Below are positions 1 to 9,002 of a DNA stretch of 64,000 bases, one piece after another (within the stretch, counting starts at the first letter, position 1; each line of letters opens with the position of its first letter). The DNA is from Spirochaetaceae bacterium. Its GTDB lineage: Bacteria > Spirochaetota > Spirochaetia > DSM-2461. A program made the translations under genes and the position numbers. The notes beneath the pieces were generated by a model. The model did no database searches and was not told where the DNA came from. It worked only from the letters and a program-made list of their open reading frames with translations. Location of the stretch: contig OZ245056.1 of the NCBI GenBank assembly GCA_965224705.1, positions 2,464,001-2,528,000 of the forward strand, read 5' to 3'.

Positions 1-129
1 GGAAAGATGCGTGTGAGAGAAGTTGCACGCATGCTGGCTGGTGATAATGATAATTCGGCCTCTTTGGAACACGCACTGCGATTGTTAAACACACAGGGAT
101 GGTGTATAACTGTCGATGAAACAGGTTAG
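1..129 (+). CDS. recN: C-terminal end of DNA repair protein RecN (partial)
   Basis: Frame 1 reads GKMRVREVARMLAGD..SASLEHALRLL..*, matching the RecN C-terminal R..E(I/V)ARMLxG..HA..LL pattern. Confidence 0.7.
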   Translation, partial: GKMRVREVARMLAGDNDNSASLEHALRLLNTQGWCITVDETG

Positions 130-133
130 GGGA

Positions 134-979
134 ATGGGTAAGCTCAGTATTGAATCCAAGGAAAAGTACAGTAAAAGCATTACACCATATAGAAATACAA
201 TAAAGAAGTTATTACTTGAAGATTCTCAGTACGAGGCCAAAATAGCCAGTGGAAAATCCCCGAATCCTTATGAGATACTGAAATTGGTAGAAAACGATCT
301 CACTATCATTTCATTTCAATTAGTGATGAATTCAGTTTCTCTGGCTCAATTAGGTCTCAAGAATGAAGTAGCCCTGAATGATGCAAGAAAAACTTGTTAT
401 AAAGCAATAATAAAATTGGAGAGAGTATTCACTAACTTTGTGGATGTTCCGTTTAGTGAGTACGAGGATTCCCTGAAGGCAGTCTCTTCAGTATCAGAAT
501 TAGAACGCTGTAAACTGATTAAAAAGGCGGGGTTTTCAATTGCAATGGTCAGCGATGGATTTGGTGAAAACAGCCGTTGGAAATGGTCATTAGTTGAGTT
601 GGAAGCAAGATTGGCTGTAGTTGGGAAAAACACATTGAATCTCAAGACTCTTTTTTCCGGAATGGATCCCAGATCCGAAGGGTATCAGGAGAGAGTTCAT
701 TATTTCAACCTTATCTGGAGACTTCTTGAAAATTCTGCTGATCAATATCGTAAGAAATATGAGCTTTCAACCGGGCGAATGGATGATTTTCGCATTGCCA
801 TTAACTACCTATCTACATTACGGCGTCTTGCTGTGACACTGAACCGTCAGCAGGAAGTCGTAGTTCTGAAGCGCAAGATAGAAACCTGGAAAGAAAAAAT
901 GGAAAAAGATGACCAGAACATGGAGAGAAAACAACGCTTTCAGCGATTGCAATCATCATCGCCTGCTCAAAAGAGTTAA
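134..979 (+). CDS. Conserved helical hypothetical protein (spirochaete-type)
   Basis: Long ORF; ATG 134 just after the recN stop; no recognised motif. Confidence 0.7.
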   Translation: MGKLSIESKEKYSKSITPYRNTIKKLLLEDSQYEAKIASGKSPNPYEILKLVENDLTIISFQLVMNSVSLAQLGLKNEVALNDARKTCYKAIIKLERVFTNFVDVPFSEYEDSLKAVSSVSELERCKLIKKAGFSIAMVSDGFGENSRWKWSLVELEARLAVVGKNTLNLKTLFSGMDPRSEGYQERVHYFNLIWRLLENSADQYRKKYELSTGRMDDFRIAINYLSTLRRLAVTLNRQQEVVVLKRKIETWKEKMEKDDQNMERKQRFQRLQSSSPAQKS

Positions 980-1272
980 GAGTCGAAGGACTCCTGTATC
1001 TCATAGACTCGGGTACTGATAACAATGGGGCATTTCCCTGCAACCGAACCTGCTTCTGCCAGGTCTTTTGCTTTAATCATTGTATACCCGGTGATTGATT
1101 CCTCAGCCATGGGAAGCTCTACCGTACCGTCATTGGTAAATTCCCGCCCTTGAGGGAAATGTGCCTTCTCTATCACCCGGTCACTTATTGAATCAAACCA
1201 TTTATTCCACTCGGCCATCTCTTCTGAAGATGGCATTTTGAAACCAAAATGCAGAATCATAAATTTTTTCAT
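976..1272 (-). CDS. YciI/DGPF-like protein
   Basis: EEMAEWNKWF..ITGYTMIKAKDLAEA..CP..RVYEI pattern; GAGG before ATG 1272. Confidence 0.7.
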   Translation of the reverse strand: MKKFMILHFGFKMPSSEEMAEWNKWFDSISDRVIEKAHFPQGREFTNDGTVELPMAEESITGYTMIKAKDLAEAGSVAGKCPIVISTRVYEIQESFDS

Positions 1273-1358
1273 AACAACCTCTTGCCTGAACAATAGCAGA
1301 GTTGTGCTGATCGTGCAATATACAAAATTGTTTCAGTGATTCAACGAGGTGCCCTTAA

Positions 1359-2003
1359 CTAGATCCAGCGAATATCTTCAATCTTCTGGACGAAAGGGGT
1401 TACGGTAGCCCTGAGTTTTTCTTCAGTGATATCGGACACTTTTGCAATACCAAGTCTATTGGTCGGAGCATCTCCGCGAGTAAATCCAAAGGCAAGGAAG
1501 TTACCGCCAGCATCTCGGATCGCACTGCTCAGGTCAGCCAGTTCTCCCTTATGATCCGGCATCAGAAAGGTTATACGCAGGCCGTGTTCCCGTATGGCGA
1601 ATAACTCAATGAAGACTTCGAAAAGGTCTGATTCGGTGATTATTCCAATGAGCAGGTCATTGTCGGTTACCGGTAAACCACCTATATCATTGTCTGACAG
1701 TATTCTGGCCGCCTCCTCAATGGGTGTGTCTGGAGAACATGATATTGGATTGTTTGTCATGATTTTTGAAACTTCAAGTTTGGCGAGTAGAGATGTTATT
1801 TCCCATACATCAAGGGTACTGGCTGGCGATGGGGAGGCATATAGGATGTCTTTTTCTGTAATGATACCGATTAAACGGCCATTATTATCAATGACGGGCA
1901 GGCGATGAATTTTCTCCTGTTTCATCATTTCCCGGGAATCTGTGACAGAAGTTGTTGCTTTGATAGAGAAAGGATTCTTCACCATACGATCTTTTACATA
2001 CAT
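1359..2003 (-). CDS. CBS-pair plus ACT domain protein (AcuB-like)
   Basis: Two CBS repeats (IHRLPVID..LIGIITEKD; IGGLPV..LIGIITESD) and a C-terminal ACT-like segment. Confidence 0.85.
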   Translation of the reverse strand: MYVKDRMVKNPFSIKATTSVTDSREMMKQEKIHRLPVIDNNGRLIGIITEKDILYASPSPASTLDVWEITSLLAKLEVSKIMTNNPISCSPDTPIEEAARILSDNDIGGLPVTDNDLLIGIITESDLFEVFIELFAIREHGLRITFLMPDHKGELADLSSAIRDAGGNFLAFGFTRGDAPTNRLGIAKVSDITEEKLRATVTPFVQKIEDIRWI

Positions 2004-2206
2004 GAGAAACCTCCTTGTTTCTATATAATAGTTGTCCCATCGTATTCAGGTCAATGTTCCCCATATCATTTTTCTAAGAGTTCCTGGTTGTTTCAGCGAG
2101 GGTCTCTCAAGAACGGCAACACTGGAATACGGTTAATCTCTGTGTCCGTATGAACCAGAGTAACATGGCATCACATAGAATCCCTGAAGATTTTCATCCT
2201 TTCCTG

Positions 2207-3268
2207 CTAAAATCTGACGTATTGAAGTGTTATGTACAGAATGTAGATCCCTGTAAGATAAACTCCCTGCCACCGTTTGAATCGGCCTGTTTTGTTCAAA
2301 TCTGCAAAGAGTTTGAAAGAAATGAGAATAATCAGCATCACGGGGAAGTGGAGCCGGAGAAAATTGGGTGGTATAGCCAGTGGTGCGGCCAGTGATGCGG
2401 CTCCGATGACAAACAGGGCATTGAGGACGTCGGCTCCTGCAATGTTTCCAATAGTGATTTCGGGGTGACCTTTTCTAATGGCGGCAACAGCAGTCGTGAG
2501 CTCAGGCAAAGATGTTCCCAGAGCGACCATGGTTGCTGCAATGACATCCTCAGGAACCTTCAGCCGTCGGGCAGTTTCGCTGGCGGCTGGTATAAGGATT
2601 CGTGAGGCAAGAAGTACGAAGAAAAGTCCTCCCAGAAACAATATGAATGTAAGGGCTAACGAAACTTTTCCTTCCTGGTCGTCCTCATCATCCTGTTGAC
2701 TCCTGGATTGTGCCCATCGATAACTCGACCATAGATACACACCCAGAAGTGAAACAAGGATCAATCCCATCCATCGGCTGATAGATGGAGTCTCATTGGA
2801 GATCAATTGAGCTGTGACAGCAAGCAGTACCAGAAGAATTGCCGAACCCAGTTGCCACCAGCCAGTTCTGTTGAGGAGCCATTTATTGTGCGGCGGTGCT
2901 GCAATGAGGACCACAAGACCAAATATCAATCCTGTATCGGCTATGATTGAACCAACTCCGTTTCCCAGTGCCAGGCCAGGATTTCCTGTAAAGGCAGCCA
3001 TCACTGAGACAAAAGCCTCCGGTGCCGTTGTTCCCAGACTGAGTATCGTTGCTCCAATCACGAATTTTGGAAGTCTGGTTCGAAGTGCAAGGCTGACTGA
3101 ACCATCGATGATCCAATCTGCCCCCTTGGTGAGTAAGTATATTGTTACGGCTATTACAATGAATATTATTCCGAGTGGTAGACTCTCAAAAAGCATTGCC
3201 AGACTGTGCTCGTCAGTCAGATAGTTCCAGAATTGCATGATAGAAAGAATAGGGATCTTGTTTATCAT
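2207..3268 (-). CDS. Calcium/sodium antiporter (CaCA, YrbG-like)
   Basis: Two alpha repeats (LGTTAPE, LGTSLPEL); multiple TM segments; start may be ATG 3238. Confidence 0.9.
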   Translation of the reverse strand: MINKIPILSIMQFWNYLTDEHSLAMLFESLPLGIIFIVIAVTIYLLTKGADWIIDGSVSLALRTRLPKFVIGATILSLGTTAPEAFVSVMAAFTGNPGLALGNGVGSIIADTGLIFGLVVLIAAPPHNKWLLNRTGWWQLGSAILLVLLAVTAQLISNETPSISRWMGLILVSLLGVYLWSSYRWAQSRSQQDDEDDQEGKVSLALTFILFLGGLFFVLLASRILIPAASETARRLKVPEDVIAATMVALGTSLPELTTAVAAIRKGHPEITIGNIAGADVLNALFVIGAASLAAPLAIPPNFLRLHFPVMLIILISFKLFADLNKTGRFKRWQGVYLTGIYILYITLQYVRF

Positions 3269-3376
3269 TGTATAGTAGTGAGATTCTCTTCAAGATGCCT
3301 GATATCAGATACTCAGCATAAAAAACGTCGGCAGGACTTGATAAAAATGAAAGAATTCAGTATACATCATTACTGT

Positions 3377-3448
3377 GCGAAAGTAGCTCAGTGGTAGAGC
3401 TCCACCTTGCCAAGGTGGATGTCGCGAGTTCGAATCTCGTCTTTCGCT
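3377..3448 (+). tRNA. tRNA-Gly(GCC)
   Basis: Acceptor GCGAAAG/CTTTCGC, D arm GCTCAGTGGTAGAGC, anticodon GCC, T loop GTTCGAATC; CCA not encoded. Confidence 0.97.
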
Positions 3449-3468
3449 TCGGGATTCTTAAATATACA

Positions 3469-3686
3469 GTGTCAGGAAGCTTGTTGTAGCCTGGTTTCAT
3501 TGAAATTCAACGAGGTGAAGATCCCTGTCAGATATAGCAATTTAATGTTGAATACGACTGTTATTCGGCGAATTACTCTTTGGTACGATAAGAATTCTTA
3601 CCGGCACGGTGAATAGTAAATATTGGTCCTATAAGTATTAGTTCTCTGGTAGAAAAAACCAATCTATCTAACAAGCTTTCTGACAC
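3469..3686. mobile_element. 218-bp MITE related to the IS at 53020
   Basis: TIRs GTGTCAGGAAGCTTGTT / AACAAGCTTTCTGACAC; 4-bp direct repeat TACA at 3465-3468 and 3687-3690; right end matches the IS left end over 18 nt. Confidence 0.85.
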
Positions 3687-4270
3687 TACATTTTTCTGAG
3701 TTTATTCAGATCTTCTTTTGTATCAATGTCAGTGAATATACCATAATCATTCACTGGAACAGGCATGGGTTTGAGAGGTTCTATCACATCCATGGCTTTT
3801 TCGTCGGGCTGAGCCATTCTTATCAACTGAGCGGCCTGTCCATCCATCAGCACGGGATGACCTCGTTTATCATTGCAGAAGGGGTATACTACATGGTTGT
3901 TTTTGATGGATTTGGCCAGCTTGAAAAAAGTCTGAGGCATAATGTGGATGAGGTCTGCCAGTAGAACAAAGAATAGTTTGCTTTCAAGCCTGGTGATTCC
4001 GACTTGCAGTGAACCAAGTTGACCTGACTGATAATTGTTATTGTGGACGATTTCGACATTTTCACCATGTTGAAGCACTGAAGATATATCCACTGCCCCC
4101 TGAACAATAATAACTCTGGTACAGCATCTCAGCGCCAATTCTAAACTATGCCGCAGGATGGGTTTCCCCTTTATTTGTATCAGCTGTTTACTCAAGCCCA
4201 TTCGATGGGATTCACCCGCTGCCAGCAAGATACAATCGATATTCAGTTTCTTCATTATCTCATTCATCAT
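3686..4270 (-). CDS. NTP transferase, MocA/MobA-like
   Basis: ILLAAGESHRMG..KQL, GQLGSL, LAD, RGHPV, DIDT motifs. Confidence 0.85.
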   Translation of the reverse strand: MMNEIMKKLNIDCILLAAGESHRMGLSKQLIQIKGKPILRHSLELALRCCTRVIIVQGAVDISSVLQHGENVEIVHNNNYQSGQLGSLQVGITRLESKLFFVLLADLIHIMPQTFFKLAKSIKNNHVVYPFCNDKRGHPVLMDGQAAQLIRMAQPDEKAMDVIEPLKPMPVPVNDYGIFTDIDTKEDLNKLRKM

Positions 4271-4606
4271 TGGCTGTAAGTGTCAGGTTCAAACCTGTTC
4301 TTCACCGGAAAATGGTGTTCAGTAATCTTTCCTTACGACCGATGCAGCCTTTGAGGACGACTTCATACTATGCGGTATTTTCTTTCTGGACAAGACACAC
4401 TTCAGATTATAAGGAATAACAGATGCTGGATACAGGACTGAGATATCAGTATTCCAGATGAATTTCTTCAATATGAAACAGAAAGGCTGCACGGGATTGT
4501 CACGGAGCTGAACAGTCTGTATTGGCAGCCGATTGCTGAAGAATCATTCAGCTTCATATTCCTTCTTCTCAGACAGTATATTCTGAGGCGCACAGTGGGA
4601 TTATAT

Positions 4607-4680
4607 CGATCGCTAGAGGATTCGAACCTCTGACCTTTGCCTCCGGAGGGCAACGCTCTATCCAGCTGAGCTAAGCGACC
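4607..4680 (-). tRNA. tRNA-Arg(CCG)
   Basis: Reverse complement GGTCGCT-TAGCTCAGCTGGATAGAGC-GTTGCC-CTCCGGA-GGCAA..GGTTCGAATCC..AGCGATCG. Confidence 0.97.
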
Positions 4681-4884
4681 AGTTCAATCATTATAGTCGA
4701 AATAAGAGTTCTTCATAGATGGGAAAAGGTCAGATACGGTTTATCCTCTATTCTTTCAAGTGAATCACAATGGACTGAAGTTCAATCATGGCCGGTACAG
4801 CTTCTCTGTGGCAGTATTCATAGTTTGTATGGCATCAGGGATTCATAGAAGTGATTCTTACCGTAGATCTGATACTCATGTGTT

Positions 4885-6165
4885 TCACCTGGCGTTGTAT
4901 CTCCTTTCATTATTATCAAGTAGTCTGGATTCCATGTAGTAACGTTTTTCTACTGCCTCACCAATACTGAATGATTTTCCCGGATATGGACCAACCTGGC
5001 TTATCCTGCTGAAGAAAGTCTTTTTGTCAAGGTTGGGGAGTAGAATTCCAACCGTTTCCGGTTTGTCTGCCAGCTCTCGAAGAGATTTTTCGCCATGAAT
5101 GTAGTCAATGCCTGTTTCTGGATGAGCATCAATATAGGAATTCAAAGATTCCTGAACGAGTTCAATGGTTAGTTTCTCCATAGTTGTATTGCAGAGTGTA
5201 AAAGTCATCTCCTTGCTCTCGGAAATGATCATGATGGTATCAAAATCCTGTCCAAATCTGTTGATCCTGGATTCACTCAAGGATAATCTTTCTTTCAGGA
5301 AAGTGATTAAACTTCTTGTATCAGCATTATAGAGCAGCCGGTGAATTGGGTGAAAATGTAACCCTTCATCATGAATGTTTATTACTTCCACAAGGGCAAA
5401 ACGTGCTGGATGATCAACAGGAGCACCGGCAGATTTCTTCTCTTCCCATATTTTCTTTGCAGATGCCAGAGAATGATTTCCATCGCCAACAGCAAATAGG
5501 AAGTCTGTGTTCCGGGCAATAGATTCAAAGGCCTGTGTGAGGTCTTCCAGATCTGATACAAGACGACCAGTCAGGTGGCCCCCTCTCTGAATGAGATCAA
5601 AATCATAGAGGGTCTCTTTTTCGGCATGATTTGAAGCTGTGGTCATCACAACATCGTCAGGATCATCAATAAGGAGAATAGTGTGAGAAAGATCCAGGGA
5701 AGCATTCCGGCGTACAGCTATACGAGGAGGCAGCCGATCCTGAATAGTTCCCTCTGTAGGCCGAGCCAGGCTGGTTGACTTTTCTGAGAAGTCGTAGTTT
5801 TCCAGGTCCAGTGCTAAAACCAATCCCCGTCGCTGTGCAACAAATGGAGTTGAGCGTTCGACAAAAATGATCCCATTGGGCAGCGGCCGTAAAATTCCAT
5901 TGGAGATCGATTCTTTCATTGCCGAATGGATCTCTTTGACTTTCTGATCAATACTCCCTTCATTCAGGTAGTATTCTGGAAGAATCAAATTCAGAGTAGA
6001 TGGATGATTGCCAACAATATGTTGAGTTTCTTCCCAGTATTGCTTCTCAGATGTGAATTGATCACATGCGATGACAGACCAGTATTCAGGTTTGATCGTA
6101 TTACCGGGAATCATAATCTCTGGTACTGAAATTCCAAGTTTGCTCAGACGTTCAATCAGGTTCAT
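4885..6165 (-). CDS. DUF1015 family protein
   Basis: WSVIACDQFTS, RPTEGTI..RLPPR, FAVGDGNHSLA, HPIHR, KSFS motifs; downstream of serC. Confidence 0.85.
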   Translation of the reverse strand: MNLIERLSKLGISVPEIMIPGNTIKPEYWSVIACDQFTSEKQYWEETQHIVGNHPSTLNLILPEYYLNEGSIDQKVKEIHSAMKESISNGILRPLPNGIIFVERSTPFVAQRRGLVLALDLENYDFSEKSTSLARPTEGTIQDRLPPRIAVRRNASLDLSHTILLIDDPDDVVMTTASNHAEKETLYDFDLIQRGGHLTGRLVSDLEDLTQAFESIARNTDFLFAVGDGNHSLASAKKIWEEKKSAGAPVDHPARFALVEVINIHDEGLHFHPIHRLLYNADTRSLITFLKERLSLSESRINRFGQDFDTIMIISESKEMTFTLCNTTMEKLTIELVQESLNSYIDAHPETGIDYIHGEKSLRELADKPETVGILLPNLDKKTFFSRISQVGPYPGKSFSIGEAVEKRYYMESRLLDNNERRYNAR

Positions 6166-6637
6166 TGTCTTCTTTGTCCATATTGATATCATCTGTAGTA
6201 AATGGGACTTTAATCTCAAAACCCTTGTAGACCATAAAAGATTCAATGGATTCTATTCGGTCAACTTTGCTTAATTCTTCGCTGAGGAATTTCAACAGGT
6301 CGAATCCCTGCTGAAGATGCACAGTGATGAGTAAATCGTAGCGACCGGTTACAACACCAACTGAAACAACACCGTGAAGTTTACTTACCTCTTCTCCTTT
6401 GGAAACGTAATTCATATCTTTGAGCTTGGCACCGATGTAGATGATTTGATGACCCAGCATGGCTTCAGGGTCAACATAGCCTGCAATTTTCAGTATTCCA
6501 TCCTGTTCAAGTTTACGTACTCGTGCTTTTATTGTGTTTTCTGATACTCCAAGAGCAACAGCGATTTTTTTGTACGGCTTTCGTCCTTCAGTCAAATGAC
6601 TGATAATGCTCATATTCAATTGATCAATCTGAGTCAT
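6152..6637 (-). CDS. Lrp/AsnC family transcriptional regulator
   Basis: N-terminal HTH (GRKPYKKIA..GVSENTI..RV..L) and VTGRYDL RAM motif. Confidence 0.9.
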   Translation of the reverse strand: MTQIDQLNMSIISHLTEGRKPYKKIAVALGVSENTIKARVRKLEQDGILKIAGYVDPEAMLGHQIIYIGAKLKDMNYVSKGEEVSKLHGVVSVGVVTGRYDLLITVHLQQGFDLLKFLSEELSKVDRIESIESFMVYKGFEIKVPFTTDDINMDKEDNEPD

Positions 6638-7733
6638 AGTACCTGCTTGCGAAATCCTTCATTAGTTCCATCAGTCTCATCAGACCATCCATACTCATGG
6701 CATTATACAGGGAGGCTCGGCATCCTCCCACACTGCGGTGTCCCCTGAGACCTACGAGTCCGTTTGCTGCAGCCTCCTCAAGAAATTTGTTCTCTAACTG
6801 TTCCGTTCTTAATCGCCAGACTATATTCATATCCGATCTCATATTGGGGTCCACGGGATTCCTGTAGAATCCTTCAGACTCATCAATGAGCCTGTAGAGT
6901 GCTGCGGCCTGCTGCTTGTTCTCTTCTGCAACTCGACTCAAACCACCTTGATCTTTTAGTTTTTCCAAAACCAGTTTCATTGCCCAGATAGAGAATACTG
7001 GAGGAGTGTTATATAGAGAATTGCTCCTGGCATGAACGGCGTAATTCAAATATGAACCAAGATAATTGGGACAGCGTGAAAGAAGATCTTCTCTGATTAT
7101 CACGACTGTTGCGCCAGCTGGACCAAGGTTTTTCTGGGCACCGGCATAAATCACAGCAAACCTGGAAACGTCAATTGGTCTGCTGAGGATATCGCTGGAC
7201 ATGTCGGCAAAGAGGGGAATCTCCTGTGTGTCAGGAAAAGATTTCCACTGAATCCCTCCTATTGTTTCATTGGTGGTTATGTGAAGATAGGATGACTCCT
7301 TATGTATTGTCAGATCGAGGGGATTGGGCAGCGTGCAGTATCTGTTACTCTCACCATCCCATGGGATAGATATCGAACCGAACTTCTTTGCTTCTGTAAT
7401 TGCTTTTTGTGCCCATGCACCGGAATTAATATACTCGGCTCTGCTGTTGGGTAATAGAAAATTCATTGGGATCATGGAGAACTGCAAAGTAGCACCTCCA
7501 CTGAGGAGGAGAATGCAATAGGATTCAGGGATTTTCATCAGTTCTCTGAGGAGGAGAATCACTCCGTTATGTACTTCTCTGTATGGGGTTTCCCGGTGGC
7601 TCATTTCCACTATGGAGAGACCAGTCCCATTGTAGTCGAGCATTTCCTGTGAAATAGTCTTCAATACTTCAACAGGGAGTACAGATGGACCAGCAGAGAA
7701 ATTAACAGGGCGATTCAATCCTTCTCTCCTCAT
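6624..7733 (-). CDS. serC: Phosphoserine aminotransferase
   Basis: NFSAGP, EMSHR, NETIGG, DMSS, GAQKNLGP, NTPP, GHRSVGG motifs. Confidence 0.97.
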   Translation of the reverse strand: MRREGLNRPVNFSAGPSVLPVEVLKTISQEMLDYNGTGLSIVEMSHRETPYREVHNGVILLLRELMKIPESYCILLLSGGATLQFSMIPMNFLLPNSRAEYINSGAWAQKAITEAKKFGSISIPWDGESNRYCTLPNPLDLTIHKESSYLHITTNETIGGIQWKSFPDTQEIPLFADMSSDILSRPIDVSRFAVIYAGAQKNLGPAGATVVIIREDLLSRCPNYLGSYLNYAVHARSNSLYNTPPVFSIWAMKLVLEKLKDQGGLSRVAEENKQQAAALYRLIDESEGFYRNPVDPNMRSDMNIVWRLRTEQLENKFLEEAAANGLVGLRGHRSVGGCRASLYNAMSMDGLMRLMELMKDFASRYYDSD

Positions 7734-7782
7734 TCAGCGGCTTGCTGGATTGTGTCATTATTTGTGTCAGGGATGCAATAGG

Positions 7783-8248
7783 CGAGGAGAAGAGCAAAAC
7801 AGGAAAGGCCGATGTTATCAAGTTTTTGGGTATGACCATTGTGGCCGGAATGATCACGATTTCGTCGGTGTCAATGAGCCGAGCCAATGATAGGCTTTGT
7901 GAATTGATACCCAGACGAACGAATCAGTCTATTGAATCTGCAATGGAAAAGCTGAATACCTGGTACCGGGGCTGGAGCGGATATTACGGTATGACCGAAG
8001 ATAAGCACCAGCTTCAAAGAGTAGAAGCCCATGCCAGAAGGCGATTGAGATCCCGAATAGTGTATGAGCACAAGAGACCCCGGAATCTGAAACGAACTCT
8101 ATTAAAAAGGGGAGTATCAGAGTATGGGGCCAATCGTATCATCAACAATATGGGCATCTGGGCGACTTCAAGGAGTCCGGCTATGCACAAAGCTTTTCCC
8201 AATCGGTATTTCATTGAAGAACTCGGGCAGTTTATTTATTCAGCCTGA
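7783..8248 (+). pseudogene. 5'-truncated group II intron RT/maturase (end of RT plus domain X only)
   Basis: EEKSK..IKFLG and LN..YRGWSGYY..RRRLR maturase motifs; no YADD region; cut off at the edge of the serC upstream region. Confidence 0.85.
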
Positions 8249-8278
8249 GACTGAAAGAAATTTGAACACATGCATGAG

Positions 8279-8355
8279 GAGCCGTGTACGGACCCGTACG
8301 CACGGTTCTGTGAGAGGACGGCATCCCTGCTTTCGCAGGGTGCCTCCTACTCGAT
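8279..8355 (+). ncRNA. Group II intron domains V-VI and 3' splice site
   Basis: 30-nt DV GAGCCGTGTACG-GACC-CGTACGCACGGTTC with AGC triad, then TGTGAGAGG, DVI hairpin and CTACTCGAT end. Confidence 0.9.
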
Positions 8356-8569
8356 GCGTAGCTGGGCTACGTGAGTATTTTGGCAACGCAGCTGCAGGGG
8401 ATGCGAGTCTATAAACTCGCATCCTGAGAGAGTGCCGAGCGATAGCGAGGAAAAGCCGCCACGGATGGCGGCGAAAACGAACGAAGGCGGCTTTCCAGAA
8501 GCAAGCAGGAGGCTTGCTTCTGGAGAGAAGGGCAAAAATCGAGCCGTGAGACGTAAATCCGACAGGTTC
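8356..8569. mobile_element. Partial hairpin-rich MITE copy (3' exon of the intron)
   Basis: Near-identical to the reverse complement of 41943-42157; ends in TIR AAATCCGACAGGTTC. Confidence 0.9.
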
Positions 8570-8570
8570 C

Positions 8571-8891
8571 CTATGCAGAATCGTAGACTTCGTCTTTTGT
8601 CGGAAGATTGACTCTCAACTCTTTCATATAGGATTTCAAATCTCCCATCGGTGTATATGTATCACAGTGATCCATGAACCGACGTGCGATTGTAAAATAC
8701 TTGTGTAATTTCTCGTCGCCAAGTTTCTTGCGCCATTTCCCGGCACTGCATCTGATTCGCAGCATGTATTTACCATCATTGGTGTAATGACGGATGAGTT
8801 TGCAGTTTATGCAATTGGCACAGTAGATTTTCTTATTTAAATTCTCTTTTAACGGATCAAATGCTGGAACCATTTCCATCCTCTCGAGCAC
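8571..8891 (-). CDS. Small Cys-rich hypothetical protein
   Basis: CANCINC..C..C; possibly metal-binding; start uncertain. Confidence 0.65.
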   Translation of the reverse strand: MLERMEMVPAFDPLKENLNKKIYCANCINCKLIRHYTNDGKYMLRIRCSAGKWRKKLGDEKLHKYFTIARRFMDHCDTYTPMGDLKSYMKELRVNLPTKDEVYDSA

Positions 8892-9002
8892 CTCTGAAAA
8901 AGAATCCTGTTCTTGAAGCTGTTTTCTGGAGATACCCTTTTACTTAAAGAGTCTCCTTGTTCTGGATTATCGACGAAACAGATGAAAAAATTGAATCCCC
9001 TA

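Noticed and set aside
4271..4600. Moco riboswitch upstream of the mocA-like gene
   Set aside because: No recognisable consensus elements.
7772..7785. GATGCAATAGGCGA as a remnant of the missing MITE end (GATGCAAGGCGA)
   Set aside because: The match is short and equally explained as the serC -35 (TTGCAT on the minus strand).
7742..8248. Functional RT, retron or DGR
   Set aside because: No catalytic YADD region, followed by group II DV/DVI, and no template/variable repeat pair seen.
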